Origin: Bugula neritina
Lineage: Eukaryota; Animalia; Bryozoa
Direction: 5' to 3'
NCBI GenBank assembly: GCA_964035545.1
Contig: OZ037771.1
Coordinates: forward strand, 1,685,628-1,749,627
DNA: 64,000 nucleotides
Shown here: positions 36,101 through 49,104 of the stretch, in pieces
How positions within the stretch are numbered: the first letter of the stretch is position 1
Layout: each line of letters opens with the position of its first letter
Notes under the pieces: generated by a model
What the model was told of the DNA's origin: nothing
Seen by the model: the letters and a program-made list of their open reading frames with translations, nothing else
The model's database searches: none
Program-made: the position numbers and the translations under genes

Positions 36101-39100
36101 TACCAGACTATACTGAACTCACAGGTGCGAGTTAAACACTTGCACACAGGTGTATGAAGTGAAGAGTTCTAGAGAGACAAAAAACAGAAATCTAATGAAA
36201 AGAATTTTAATATCTAACTTTAAACATAAACAGATGCCACAATAATGCTATTAAAAGTGGTGGGAGGAGCTAAATTTAACTGGTGAAGTACTAGAAATTA
36301 AAATTGACAAAGTTTGCATATACTAACCAGGGTGACCATTGGGTGCACTTGGCTGTCTGTTGTAATCAATAGAGTGGGAGGAGGGGTGTTGAATACCGCC
36401 CGCAGGCATAGGCTGGGCCACAGGCTTAGCTGCGGCGTAGAACCCTTGTGAGCCAGCGTGTCTTGCATGCTCCACAGGCTACAATACATTCGAATCTCAG
36501 AGCACAACAGCTTATGGCTGGAAGTACAATATTCCACTCAGTTAGAGTAAATGAAATATTACTAAAGGAAATATGGTTTCTTACGATGGAAATATCGGTC
36601 AATCCAGGAGAATTGAAAGTGGAAGGTGGTACAAGGATGGTGATAACCATAATTAATTAACTGCTATAGTTATTCTTTGACATTGGCAACAGTTGCAACC
36701 AGAACAAGAACTAAACGCCCACTTACTGCTGTATTAACACACTTCAACAGTTCAAGATATCACATAGGTTCATTAATCATGCAACTTGCAGCCAGATCTG
36801 AATAGCTGATACAGTACTAGCAGACAGAGAGGAGAGAGTACGTGCACAGCTACACACCAACCAAACCAACTCACCAGCTCAGATGACCTCCGGATTTGCT
36901 GCCTCATGGGGTCAGCTGTCGTTACCATCATGCTCCGCTCGTATGGTGGAGGTTGGTGGTCAGCGTTGACTGGTGTGGGATATCTTCCGGGCTGGACTCT
37001 CATGTACCCAGACTGAAATACAGAAGACATGACCAAACCATTAGTTATAAATGCAAGATGATCAGTGATTGGCTATACTAATTAGAAGAACAACAGTGAT
37101 TGGCTAAACTATTTAGAAGACCATCAGTGATTGGCTAATGCAGCAGGACACTTACTTGCTGAGCTGCCATAATGCTGTTGTGTTGCATCTGTTGAGGGGA
37201 TGGAGTGTTATTACCAATGAGTTGAGACTGAGTGTGCTGTGAGCCCGGCAGCGCTTGCTGCTGCTGAGTCATCGCCTGCTGCTGTTGAGTCATCGCTTGC
37301 TGCTGTTGAGTCATCGCTTGTTGTTGTTGCTGCTGTTGAGTCATTGCTTGTTGTTGTTGCTGTTGGGAAAGTGCCTGCTGCTGTTGGGAAAGTGCCTGCT
37401 GCTGCTGTGATTGGGTCAAGGATGACTGACTGTGAGGTGCATTATGGGATATGTCCGGCGGTTCCGGCAGAACACCAGAATTCTGCTGCTGATAAGTCAC
37501 TGAAGGGTCAAAGATGCCGTTGGCCACCTCTGAGTCGGCAGCGTTGGGAAGGTTACCCAGTATTTCCTCTATCATGCTGTCCTCACCCATAAACATCTCC
37601 GCATCCGTCAGGAAATTCTCTTCCAAAGACACTTCTTCTGCTGCCAAAGCTGAAGGAAAAACATTACTATCAACAAATGCAGACATCCAAATAAAACCCA
37701 CACAAGTTTATAGTCGCCATCCTTGTGGGAAACCCTTGATGGAAAGAGGTTTTTTAAACCACCGGCTAAGGATTTATTCATATGTGGGACGGAGCAATTA
37801 TGACTGGATGCTCTTCCTAAAATCGCCAATGGCCTTTACTGGGATTCCAACCCGTGACTTTGTGTTTGCTAAGCCAAACTCCTAAACCCCAAGACCACGG
37901 CTGCTCCCTAGCTGTGGAGATCAAAATATTCCTTGAAATTTAAATATCAACAGATTAAGTGGTAGTAACAGAGCAGTTTGCTCTCATATGTATAATGCTG
38001 GTTTATTTAGGATAATTTACCAAGTAATTAAAAATCTATCAAATTTTGTGCACTCTATTCTCAATGTCACAGTTGAGTGATTTCTGTAGCACTTCTAATC
38101 ACACCATGAATGTAAGTTGAAGGCATATGCAAGGACAACATTTGGCATGGTATTCAGTTTAGTTTGAGTGATGGATTACATTCATATAGTCCAGTAAATT
38201 CTCAGTACAATGCAGTTCACAGTGTCATGAACTGTGATGAAAAATTCAACATAATTAAATTTTTATTTGTTACTACGTTATTATATAAATGCCAATATAT
38301 AAACATATATAAAATAAATAACTAAATATATATATTAGAACTCTTAATGACGTTTTTCAAGCTATTCCAAAAAGATCTTTACTAGTTTAATAGGCTTGAA
38401 TTATTCAATATAAACTATTAGGAATTATCTTCTTTTTAAACATTACCTGCACCATTAGCATTTGTATTGTTGACGTCTGAATTGACAGGTGCCTTAGAGG
38501 TAGGGGTAGCATTTTCCGACTTGGGCTTCTTTTTGGGGTTATTCTGCAAGAAGAAACCAACATTATACCAAGAGTGCTGATATTGAGGCAGCAGTCACAA
38601 CACGTGATGTGATAGCTAAACTAATGTTTGTTCAGACCCATTACATTCAACAGGAGAATGTACTAAACAATTAATAAATGGAGGACAAATGGCGAAGAAA
38701 AACCTTTCTTATTGTTATTGAACTAGTGATAAGTAGCTACGCTTGTAGAATAAGGAAATGCTTGGATTCGGATGCAGTGGTTATCAAAGAAGGAAATCCT
38801 CACATCGGCTGCACTAAACACAAAGCCAACATTTATATCTAATTTGTCCGGCAGTGCTTTATTAGTTCCACTCATTCGCAGTCCAGGATGATCAAGTCGC
38901 GTGAATTAGTAAACCTGGTAGCGATTGGTCCAATGCGCCGTCCACAAGAATGTGCATAATACACTGTATCTAAACACCTATACCCGCGCCTTATTATCTA
39001 GATAATGAATTAACAACTAGTATAACTGAAGACAACATTAGTTTCTAACCTAAGTAGTGCGCACTCAGGCGTAACTACTAAATCTATTGTAGCCTTTATT

Positions 39101-41552
39101 TGAACAGGCAAATTAGCGCAATAGGGGCGGCCCGCGACATTCCGGTAATGCGGTGTTAACAAGTAATACGCACAAGGCTATGATTATAGTATCGCTGTGC
39201 GAACGTGCCACTACAGAATGTAAAGTTAGCCTAGTAACGACTTACGGTTTCAATATCATTATGCTACTAATTTGTTTAAGAAAGGTGCATAATGAGTTTG
39301 CTGGACACGATCAATGCCCATTAGAATAAATACAACCTCAATTTCTGAAATAAATCACATTTTTAGCACAGAAGACATTAATTAATTTAAATGAGCACTC
39401 TTGTTCTGTAGACTCCCTTATGCTCACAATGCCACCCAAAATGGCTGAAAGAAGAGCCTAAAGCACGACTGATGGTAAACATAAAATAAAAGCCTGAGCC
39501 CACAAAAAAGCTACAAGCATAACACAATTGCTAATCTAGAGTAATAGACAGTAGAAATTAGAAAAAGTTATTAATATCAACTTGAAATAGAATTGCCATA
39601 TCTAATTGTCAAGCTGGTTTATCCAAATGCAGGGAAATACAATGAGATACAAAATCATTAATCCCAGGGCAGCCTAACTACTAGGATGGGGATGGGTCTG
39701 CACCCCCAAGTTATTACCCAGTATGTACAACTTTGGGGTGGCTCTGTTTCTTATATTGAACCCGTGACCTATGCGGGAACTGGGCACATATTTCTTCCTT
39801 GTTGAACCCAACCTGTGGAAAATAACTGCTTGAACTGTGGCATCATAAAAGAGTTCTCTCTGAGACAGGGCAGAGCTGATAGCACAAGTGAGGAAGATTG
39901 GCAGCAAAGTTACAATGACCTTTGACCTTAGGCAGTGCCACCCAATGCCAAAAACCAACAAGAGTTAATGATAATAGTCAAAAGAGGTAGGCATAGCTGA
40001 AGGTAGCCTCACTGCTGCCTGTAAACAAAAGTGAACATATTTGATAGAATGGCTACCAAAAAGCCCAACCAAATCTTCAGATTTTCAGCAATATGGAAGC
40101 TGAAATATAGCAGGTGCCATCTTTACACCAGTAACTCAGAGTTGAAGGTGGTAGGACAGTGTGTACACTGTTTGTTTAGAGCCAGATTTATGCAGTACTG
40201 CAATTTGGAAACTTTAACTGAACCACACACTATTTCCTATGTTGGGTTATATTGTTGGCGTTAGTCAAACGTGTGTGCAGTGTTATAATGATAATGAAAA
40301 GATTACAAACAAAGGCACATATCTATTCACTCGCTATCAATCAATAGACACACGGTGACTGCTAGCTCTATGCATTGCTGTAGTGGCCAGCACCTTCGGT
40401 GTAATCTCTATTGAGACGGTATGCTATTCCATGCCAAGTGCGCACAAATCTTTTGTCCCTGGAGATGTTTAACTGCTATAATTGAGCCATCTGAAAACAG
40501 TCGTCTAGGCTTGAGTTGTCAATCACATTGACTTGCTTCAAGACGAGCAGCTCAAATTGTGCAACACTCAACATCTTGACTGCTGGTCACCGAAGTTAAC
40601 AGCTATTACTTTTATTAGGTTGATTGATTTCGAATTAATTTTGTTAATTCAACTTTTCTAAATGAAAAGAGTTGTTAGGGATGAGAGGATGACTGGGTGT
40701 TGGTGCAAGCCACTGACCAAAATGGAAATTCCACTCTACTAACAGGAGTAGTGGGTTATCAGCATTGTACTAGAGAGACTTGGAGCATAACCAATAGCAC
40801 TTGACAGGCAATGAATAGGGGTGGACGGGCATAGAAGGGGGTGGAAGGGGGGGGGACAGAGTGCTCCACAAAACCAGGTTTACTGTGGGTTGTCAGATCA
40901 GTGGGGTCAGAGGATAGATAACTACATGAACAGAGTGAAACTACGGTGTATCAGTAGAAAAAGAGGGGGGAGAGAGAAGAGGGGGAGAGAGGGGGGGAGA
41001 GAGAGAGGGGGAGAGAGAGAGAGATCTGGTAGTACTAGGCTCTAGAGTAAGGGTTCAAAGTGCTAGCTAGTGAAAGAACCAACATTGTGGCTGTTTCCAC
41101 TCACCCCAGAGTTAGTATTTCCTTCCCGTGACCTTTTGGTGCCCTTGGGTTTGCCCTTGCTGTCCTGGTATCTCTGGAAGCAGACGGCAGCTGTCTCTTG
41201 ACTCTCCTGGTACTGAGCCTGCAGAGTGGCCTGGCTGTCTTCCAGGCGGCTGTTGTGTCGGTTTCTATAGGTCTCTGTAAGCGAAAGGTAAGGGGAGATG
41301 ACTGCAGTCCCAGTCTAGGCTAATTTACCAACAGGAAACAGTGACTGAGTCTATGTCCAAGGGGTTGCTGAAATTTGCCTGCCACTGCAAGCCTGCACTG
41401 AGTAGTCTAGGCAGAGATAAAATAAAATTATCAGAAAGTGGGGGACTACAGGACCTACCTAGACGTCTAGCACCCCTGTCAGCATCCGAAATTCTTTCCG
41501 CTCCATTCGACATAGCGAGTGGCATCAGCTGATATGGTGCTGCCAGAGTCAT
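33195..41552 (-). CDS. mam: Mastermind / MAML Notch co-activator (about 784 aa)
   Basis: Coding exons 41552-41459, 41274-41105, 38543-38447, 37649-37156, 37012-36875, 36478-36328, 35687-35527, 35155-34951, 34609-34430, 34159-33920, 33619-33195, all phase-consistent. N-terminal DRGARRLETYRNRHNSRLE..QESQETAAVCFQRYQDSKGK matches the Mastermind helix (DRLRRRMENYRRR..QET..RFLESK.K, recalled). It is followed by a basic NLS-like PKKKPK, an acidic patch, Q/P/M/H-rich low complexity and a C-terminal HLDDLEAIL. Confidence 0.8.
34627..34795. repeat. 53-bp AT-rich tandem repeat (3 copies plus a partial) next to a mastermind acceptor
   Basis: gaatatatacagcatagcat.. starts at 34627, 34680 and 34733, with a partial copy at 34786. 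The acceptor is at 34610-34611. Confidence 0.9.
35256..35443. mobile_element. MITE, probably Tc1/mariner-type, copy 1
   Basis: Terminal inverted repeats TA|CAATG-TCCCTCCATATCTCAC ... GTGAGATATGGATGGAGCACTG. Internal sequence (ccagatttaac..gttaaatt..acacatacataagc..tccaagccctt) is shared with 48903-49104. Confidence 0.75.
37060..37138. repeat. About 31-bp repeat (2.5 copies) in a 143-nt mastermind intron
   Basis: cagtgattggcta occurs three times, spaced by ..ttagaaga.. Confidence 0.8.
37690..37907 (-). mobile_element. tRNA-derived SINE, copy 1
   Basis: Minus strand: GGAGCAGCCG-TGGTCTTGGGG (A-box-like), GGTTGGAATCC (B-box-like), then GGAAGAGCATCCAGTCATAA and a 3' GGGTTTCCCACAAGGATGGCGACTA. 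Both ends are shared with 46005-46176. Confidence 0.7.
38848..39247. promoter_or_regulatory. CpG-rich island with CCAAT and GC boxes inside a mastermind intron
   Basis: About 23 CpG counted by eye in about 400 bp; GATTGGTCCAAT (about 38923), GTGCGCAC (about 39057), GGGGCGG (about 39124). Confidence 0.5.
40960..41023. repeat. Polypurine (GA/G)n tract
   Basis: Uninterrupted purine run with several G4-G7 runs. Confidence 0.9.
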
Positions 41553-44552
41553 CAACCCGGTAGACTGTCTGACCAGAAATATCTGCTCTACTCAATCTGC
41601 ATAATACAATATTAAAGTATTATATAACATAATACAATACTAACATATTATATAACATAAAATAATATTAACAGTACATAACATATTACATGTATATATT
41701 TAGTCAGAAAATGGAATGAAGCCTGCAGAGTTATATATAAAACACATACTAACATATTATATAACACAACAAAATATAGCAGTGTAATATGATAACATAT
41801 TGTAATACACACATAGAATGATATGTAGTAATCAAGACACACTTGTGGAGTTATATATAAAAACCCAAGGCCTCGTACAACAGTACTATAACCAGCATGT
41901 TATGCAAAACAATTTACTTCACTTGAAGTTGATGGATAGGCTAGTAAAGATTGGAATCGCTGCATTTGTTTACTATTTATAAGACCAGCTGGTGTTCCCT
42001 GTGTGTCCAGTAAAGCATGAGCTACTAGGTTATTGACTCGGGCAATGGCCCAACCTCCCAGTAGAGAAATAGATACAAGGGCTATGAGAAAGGCTGATTC
42101 TACCTGACTAGGTATAACACCAGTTGGTTACACAAGTTTTCAGTTTGGACAATCAAAATAACTACTATGTAAATAATTGAATATAATATCTTATAAATGC
42201 AGAATCCAGTGTGAATGTACCAAATCAGATTATCATTACAATAAATATTGATTATAAACTTAAATCAGCAAGCTATGAACATCAAGATCAATAACGTTTA
42301 AAGACTATGGCTAGGCTATTTAACTATAAGATTGTGCGTGATTTCCGTCCAATCAGTAGCCAGCAATATTATCGCATTAATAATGCCCTAACTTTGGGAG
42401 GAGAATTGTAATTATCAACATTCTAGTACACACAAAGTACACGCATAGCTGATAAAGATGGAAGAGTTCAACTACTTTGACACTAGCTAGTTTAAACTGC
42501 AACCCACGTCCTCCTAGTAAAAAGAATCTTTCAAAAACCAAGTGAATATACTTTCACAGTATTGAGAAAAAGTCAATAACTCATGAGAAATTGATTTATT
42601 GAAAGGAAAAGTTTTCTGGAGAACAACATTTAGAAAACAAAACTTTTATTTAAAATAAAATTCTGGTTCGAGGAGAGCTGAAGAAATTATAAAAAAGCCA
42701 TTGAAGCAACTTGTAGTTTTGTAAACCTATCTACCTATACTCCTACTAATTATATTTTGCTGTTAATGGTGTGCTAACATTTTATTAGTTACAAAACAAT
42801 TATCTTGTTAGCCTACATCCTAAGTGGCTGGATATATCAAACTTTCAGCTTGATAGCAGCTCAAACCCCCAGTATTAGTAAAAATGCCACTAAACTTGAA
42901 AGATCTAAATTCAAGCAATAAAGATTGATTTGATTTGCTTTATTTAGTTTTAAGTTCTTAACCAACAATTAAAGGCAATTGTTGGCAAACATTTCTAAGG
43001 ACTGTAAAAAGACAAAAGAAAGTAGAGTCATTTAACTACACAGAACACACGCCAATGTTATATTATGCTTATCTCTATGAGTAAAATTCAAATTTGGAAA
43101 TTCTATTACTATATTTATACGTATAGTGATACGTATTTATATTAGCTTCAGATTTGCCATTGTTCTACTATTACTAGCATTTGTGAATAAAACAATCATA
43201 ACTAACTAGTGACACAGCCGATTTAAACAAGCTAAAAATACCTAAACAGCCCCAATTATTGCCACCAAGTTATAACTGACAGCTAACCATCAGGGTGTTA
43301 TAGTCAGCTTGCTGACTACATGGATTGGGGAAGACCAACACTAAACTGATGTCAGAACCATAAAACCAAGACTATTAGCATTGTTGGTTAGGTCACCATC
43401 TATCTATTGAACTCAATTATAACGCCTGAATGAGGCATAATAAAGGTGATAATACAACTGAGAAGAAATAAAGAAGTTTCAAACTTCAGAACCCTCAGTT
43501 ATCCACTTTTTGGGGGCAATAACAAATAACACCACTATGGATTCGTATCATAGTAGATTCATTAGTCATTACTGATACTGAGTGATCGAGTAACCATGTC
43601 TATTATAACATCAACATAAGTAAGTGAATTGGGTTTAGCTTAGGTGGAAAATATCCATAACTATGACATTCCTGTGAGTATAAGATACCACTTGAACCTA
43701 TCAATTATTTGCAATTGAGCCTTGAAGTTTAACGTTATAAGCATAACTCTTAGTATTACTATAATTTACAAATTATTATATGATATAATTTATCACTAGG
43801 CTATATCAATATCATTACGATTATCATAATGATGATCAATATGAAGCCCTAACAGTTTTCACAGTAAACCATTCAACTTTAAGAAGATTCATGTTATTGT
43901 TGGGTCGCAAGCCTTTTCCTTATGACTGACTAAGTGTATATGCAAGTCAAAGTGAGAGCAATAATTATAGCACATTATAATTAATTTTAAATCAATAAAC
44001 AATTACTAGTATTATAATTATTTTATACATACCTATGGTCATACTAATAGTAATACTTATACTTGATTCTTCGAAGACAAAGAGAAAGATTAAGTTGACA
44101 TTGCTTGTTTCATAATACTAATACTAATATAGTGATACGATTAATTATGGTTATAGTTATTTATTAACTTTTATTACATTAAATTTACAGCTAGTTTTAC
44201 TGATAGTGATGTGATGGAACAGATTCTGCTTAAAAGTTCAACTGCTAGAAGATTACTAACTCAATGTGAATAACCATTGACTTTGAAGACAGTTTCAAAT
44301 CGTTAAAACAGTGATATTATAATTATAAATATAATCATTACTAATACTAATAGTAATAGTAATACTATCACAACAACTACTGTGACAATAATACTAATAC
44401 TAATAGTAATACTAAAGTATAGTAATACTAATACTATTAGTATTACTAATAGTGAATCACTGTCAGTGTGAGACTGACAATCGAGAACTGGCATTGCCGC
44501 CATTGGCAATTATAGTTATTTAATTACTAATATTTAGCAACAAGTGACTTAC

Positions 44553-44700
44553 CCCGACACTCAAGTAGTGTTATATATAGTCTTTCTGAGTTTGCGTTAG
44601 GCTAATTCACTGTTAGTGTGAGTGTCGCACTCACTGCGATCAACAAACAAATCGACTTTTATTTATTCTATAGCACATGTTGATGTTGGCATTTGATTAA
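44553..44700 (-). other. Probable non-coding first exon of mastermind (5' boundary approximate)
   Basis: Strong minus-strand donor GGG|GTAAGT at 44553/44552. The acceptor at 41597 precedes the ATG exon. A CpG-richer segment with GGGCGG lies at about 44938. Confidence 0.45.
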
Positions 44701-46004
44701 CACTGTTATAGCACGAGTGTGAGTTTATAGATGATATTTTCTAATAAGTGCAACTGTCAAGTTCAGATTGAAATGGTTATCCAATAAGAGCTGTTGCCGT
44801 ACTATCACAATTACAATATGAATGTGAATAGGACGCAAAATCAAAATGACAATGTTAATGTTGTAAATATTAATAACGTAATTATTTGCTAACTATCTGT
44901 AGGTACACGTGCTACTTGATTTGTTAACGAAATAAGTGGGCGGAGAAAAGATTATTTAGCTGAGCAACGGACCACGAATATCAAGTTAGTTGATATAAAT
45001 TATAATAGAAAACCGCGCAATTCGCTAACTTTTTTACGAACCGCGGCTAGAAAATTGAACTTTGACATTGCGCTCTAAGGTGTTTGCTTTGTTTTGCAAC
45101 ATTATTGGTCTAGTAATAGTATGAATTATGACACCGCTATTAGTTGATAGAGCACATTATTGACTCAATCGTGATGATACATGCGCTGGCTGAGTAATCT
45201 AAATAAGTCACTGTACCGGGTGGTAATGCTATGACTCAGGCCCTAAGAATTCTAAACAACTATTGTAAATACAAGTAGACAACTTTCAATAATAATATGT
45301 TACTCATATCAATTTTCAGGGAGGTGGGAGAACAATAAAATTAATGCTCATCAGCTACAATGCTGGTCTAGGCCAAATCTTGAAGTAATTAAAATAGTCA
45401 CTAACTATATTTATTACAACTTGTAGAAAAACTTGACTTTTTTCAATAAACTTAATTATGTAATTATCCCTCGTATCTTTAGTTCCTGTTAACAACTGAC
45501 CTAACTTCCTGTAGGAAAAGTACATGACAGAGTATTCGAGTAAATGTACTGGTGTAGATTAATGTCCAAAAGTATTATTAAATATGCCTGAATGTCTAGA
45601 AGAAAAGTCTGATACAAACTAATTTAAGTTGTCATTAATCTAGAAAAGAATGTGCACATTGTTTCTCTATTGTTAGACCTTCAATGCAGCCGTACTAGAG
45701 GAGCCGACCAAAAGAGCAGCTTACAGACTGTGGAGGATTGCAGTAGCAAACAAATGTGGTTTGTTTTAGGCTGATCAGCAGTTACTGCACGAGAAAACAG
45801 ACCCACTATGTGCTTTTATGAGTAAATCTTGCCGTTTTGGTGTTGCCTAGGTGTCTAAATTTAGTAGGGAGGGAGGTGCAGCCCTGCTTTTGAAATTGTG
45901 ATACTACCAAGTTGGGAAAGGTTAAAGTTCTGCACCCTAGATCTACTCTTGAGAGATTGATGTTGACTCAACTAAGGGTGTCTGAGCTAAAAATATTTTT
46001 ATAA

Positions 46005-46176
46005 GGATTTTTAGTCTCCCAACCCGTATGAGAAACCCAGAGTCCTGAGGCTAGGAACTGTGTCTCCTACCATACTGCCAGCATGATAGGGAACCCTTGC
46101 TGACATTACCAAGGGCCAGGACTAACACCCATGGCCTGTTATACTGGGCCAGTACCCTACTAAACCACGGCTGCTC
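46005..46176 (-). mobile_element. Degenerate SINE related to 37690-37907, copy 2
   Basis: Same 5' GAGCAGCCGTGGT and a similar 3' GGGTTTCTCATACGGGTTGGGAGACTA; the interior has diverged. Confidence 0.55.
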
Positions 46177-46374
46177 TTTATCCAAAGTATATATATTATT
46201 TCCTGTTGATCAGGCCTGGCTCCTTTACTAAAGTAGAAGTTGATAAGTTTGATATATTCAACATAATCTCTAGCAGAATTCTTTTGTTACCTTGACGCTA
46301 TGGCTCATTGGCAAAAGCTAAAATAAATCCCTAAATTCTTTGATAAATTATTATACTGCAGGTGTAGAATATAA

Positions 46375-46625
46375 ACATTATATATATTATTATATTATAC
46401 ATTATTTATATATATTTATTTATATATATTACATATATGTAAGAATTATATATATGTATATAATATATATTTATTTATATATATTATATATATGCGTATA
46501 TAATATATATTTATATATATGTATTATATATATAAATGTATATATTATATATATATATGTATATATATAATATATATTATCTATTGTGCATATTTTATGC
46601 ATATATTGTATATATATTGTACATC
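46375..46625. repeat. AT-rich low-complexity (TA)n-derived tract
   Basis: Almost pure A/T alternation. Confidence 0.9.
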
Positions 46626-48870
46626 TAGATGACTGAAACTGTCATTTAAAATATGTCATATATTTCATTTGCAATAGATTGCTTTACTTTATAAATAATA
46701 AATAGTTTATTACTTGAGAAATTTTTATCCACAGTAGAGCCCACATCTTATTTCTAGATTGAATACGTATCCGTATTGTAGCATTCGTAAAGTAGATAAT
46801 ATTCAGTCAGTGTACTTACAACCTCATAAAATGTATTTAGGACTAAATAATCCTACTAACAATTTGAAAATTGGCACTTTCCCAAATTTATGTTTGTTTA
46901 CATACAGCCCTGCACTAGCCCATAACATTAATTTAACAAAAGACTAGCTGATTTAACCATCAATTATGTAAGTTTTGGTTCAAATAGTAAGAAAACTGGA
47001 CAAATGTCAAATTTTAAAGTGCTCTTAACCAATAATTAAGGAAGAATGAAAATGACGGCTTATGGGAGAAAAATTGTGCTAAACTGTAGTTTGAAGAACC
47101 CAGGTTGATAATGATAGGGTATGTTGTACTAAGCGTAGCTGTGTCCATCAACTATACTAGGTTGAAGAAATCTATGTGCTTTCCTTCTAGCTTTAATTTG
47201 ATACTTAATAGTATGGGCCAATTAGCGCATCCTGTGAAGTTTTAGTAGTTTTCAAATGTTGTCCCAACTTTCACTTGATAACAAGATCTTGTCGCTCTAA
47301 ACTTTACCATTTTAGTTATGAGAAGTTTTAGCTGTAGTCCATGAATCTTGTCAACCATGTTGCTTTATTATTATGTTCTAACCTCAAAAATGTAACCCCG
47401 TGTTGACCTCCAACTAAATGTTGTCTCATTTACACCGTTGAAGGTCTGCCAAACGCAGGCAGTTCTAGACATGATGTATAGCGACTAACATTGACCTGCT
47501 GGGCTATCCCCCTTGAGCAATCCAATGGAACTTTGAGATCAACGTTTATCCCGTATTTAGAAAGAAAAACATAAAATGCTGATGTAATATTCTGCCAGCA
47601 TTTTCAAGGCTACTTCCTCTGTTAGTCTGCAATAGTGCAGCTACTTTCTATACATCCTATGTACACCCGCTGAGGTCAAAATGAGATTACCAGCTCAATC
47701 CTCGTATACTTATATCCTCAGGTAGATAATTGTAGCCTTAGGCCAGTGCAGTTGTGGCTTTTCCAATTTATTTATCATATTTAATAGTCAAGCTATCAGA
47801 TCTTTTATAGAGCCAAGGCCAGGAAGTGCTTTTTCTTGACTTTGGACCCTAGATTGCTACTGGGTAGATCATTTGATACTATTAACTTTATCTGGTTACA
47901 TCTTGGTCATCGTACATTTCGGTTCTTTCAAAATTTTCATGTTTATTCGGGAAATTATTTTAACTAATAAACCCTCAAAATTGACAAAAGAAGCGTTACT
48001 TGAAAGCATGTTACAATAATGACACAACGTAGCACAATATAATGTGGTATAGCAAAATATATTATAATATGGTATGATATGTTAAAGCAAAACATAGGTG
48101 ATACATTGTAACGCTACAACCTAATATATTATAATACCACAATAATGTAATGGATTAGAACATAATATAATTGTAACACAATATAATATATTACCACACA
48201 GTATAATATATTACAACACAGTATAATATATCATAATGTTGCTTATAGACTTGTACAGATGAGAGACTTAAACTAGAGTATTTATTACTAAAACTTTATT
48301 GTAGACAGGGTGGGTGGCCTTTGCTAATAGCTCAGTATTATCAGATATGTGTAGCTTTTCTATGAAGGGGAGCAGCAAGTGATTCACCTGTAGTAACGGG
48401 AAGTTGTGTGTAGCATTGTATACGCAACTCACTCGTAGTGAGTGGAGATTCAACAGACCTGTTAACTTGTAACGTAGCTTTTCACTAAAGCCATTACAGT
48501 GAATTGACAGTTGTAAGTAAGATGATAATTATGCAAATATTTCACCTAACTATACCCATAGCCTTAGGTGTGAACTATATGAGTTACTATTATTTTGATA
48601 TAAAACAGAGGCTGGGTGAACTTTATGTTGGAGTGTAAGCTATGAAAGGCTACCAATGAATGTTCACCGAAGCTTGTAGAAAGATGCGCTTTTACATCAA
48701 TTACCAGAGGGACCTATTGCAAGGTCGACTTGCTGCTAGAACAGACTTTGAGATCTGAAACTCTACAGAAATCTGATGGAAGACTTCATTGGGTCCAAAC
48801 TAATTTTATTCTGAGCAGTGTTGAATACCTCAGAGATCTCTTTTGCTCCTTTTAGCATAAACACCATTTG

Positions 48871-49104
48871 TACAGTGCTCCCTCTGTATGTCACTAAGCT
48901 TACAGTGCTCCCTCTCTATCTCACTAAGCTCCCAAAGCCTCACTTCATAACCTAGCACAATCCCAGATTTAACTCACGAACCTGTTAAATTTGGCCTTTT
49001 TGTCCCTACATACACATACATAAGCTACAAAAGGGATCCAAGCCCTTCTTGTGATCTATGGAGCTTCATGGGAAATAGATCCGGGAGCTATAGATTGAGC
49101 ACTG
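48871..49104. mobile_element. MITE copy 2 with a tandemly duplicated left end
   Basis: TA|CAGTGCTCCCTCTCTATCTCAC from 48901 to ..ATAGATTGAGCACTG ending at 49104. The 30-bp left terminus is duplicated at 48871-48900. Confidence 0.75.

Noticed and set aside
37830-37907. tRNA gene
   Set aside because: Degenerate A and B boxes, no convincing cloverleaf, and it continues into a SINE-like body with a second copy elsewhere.
44303-44509. Hydrophobic ORF resembling a membrane protein
   Set aside because: It arises from the hexamer-periodic low-complexity tract, with no splice or homology support.
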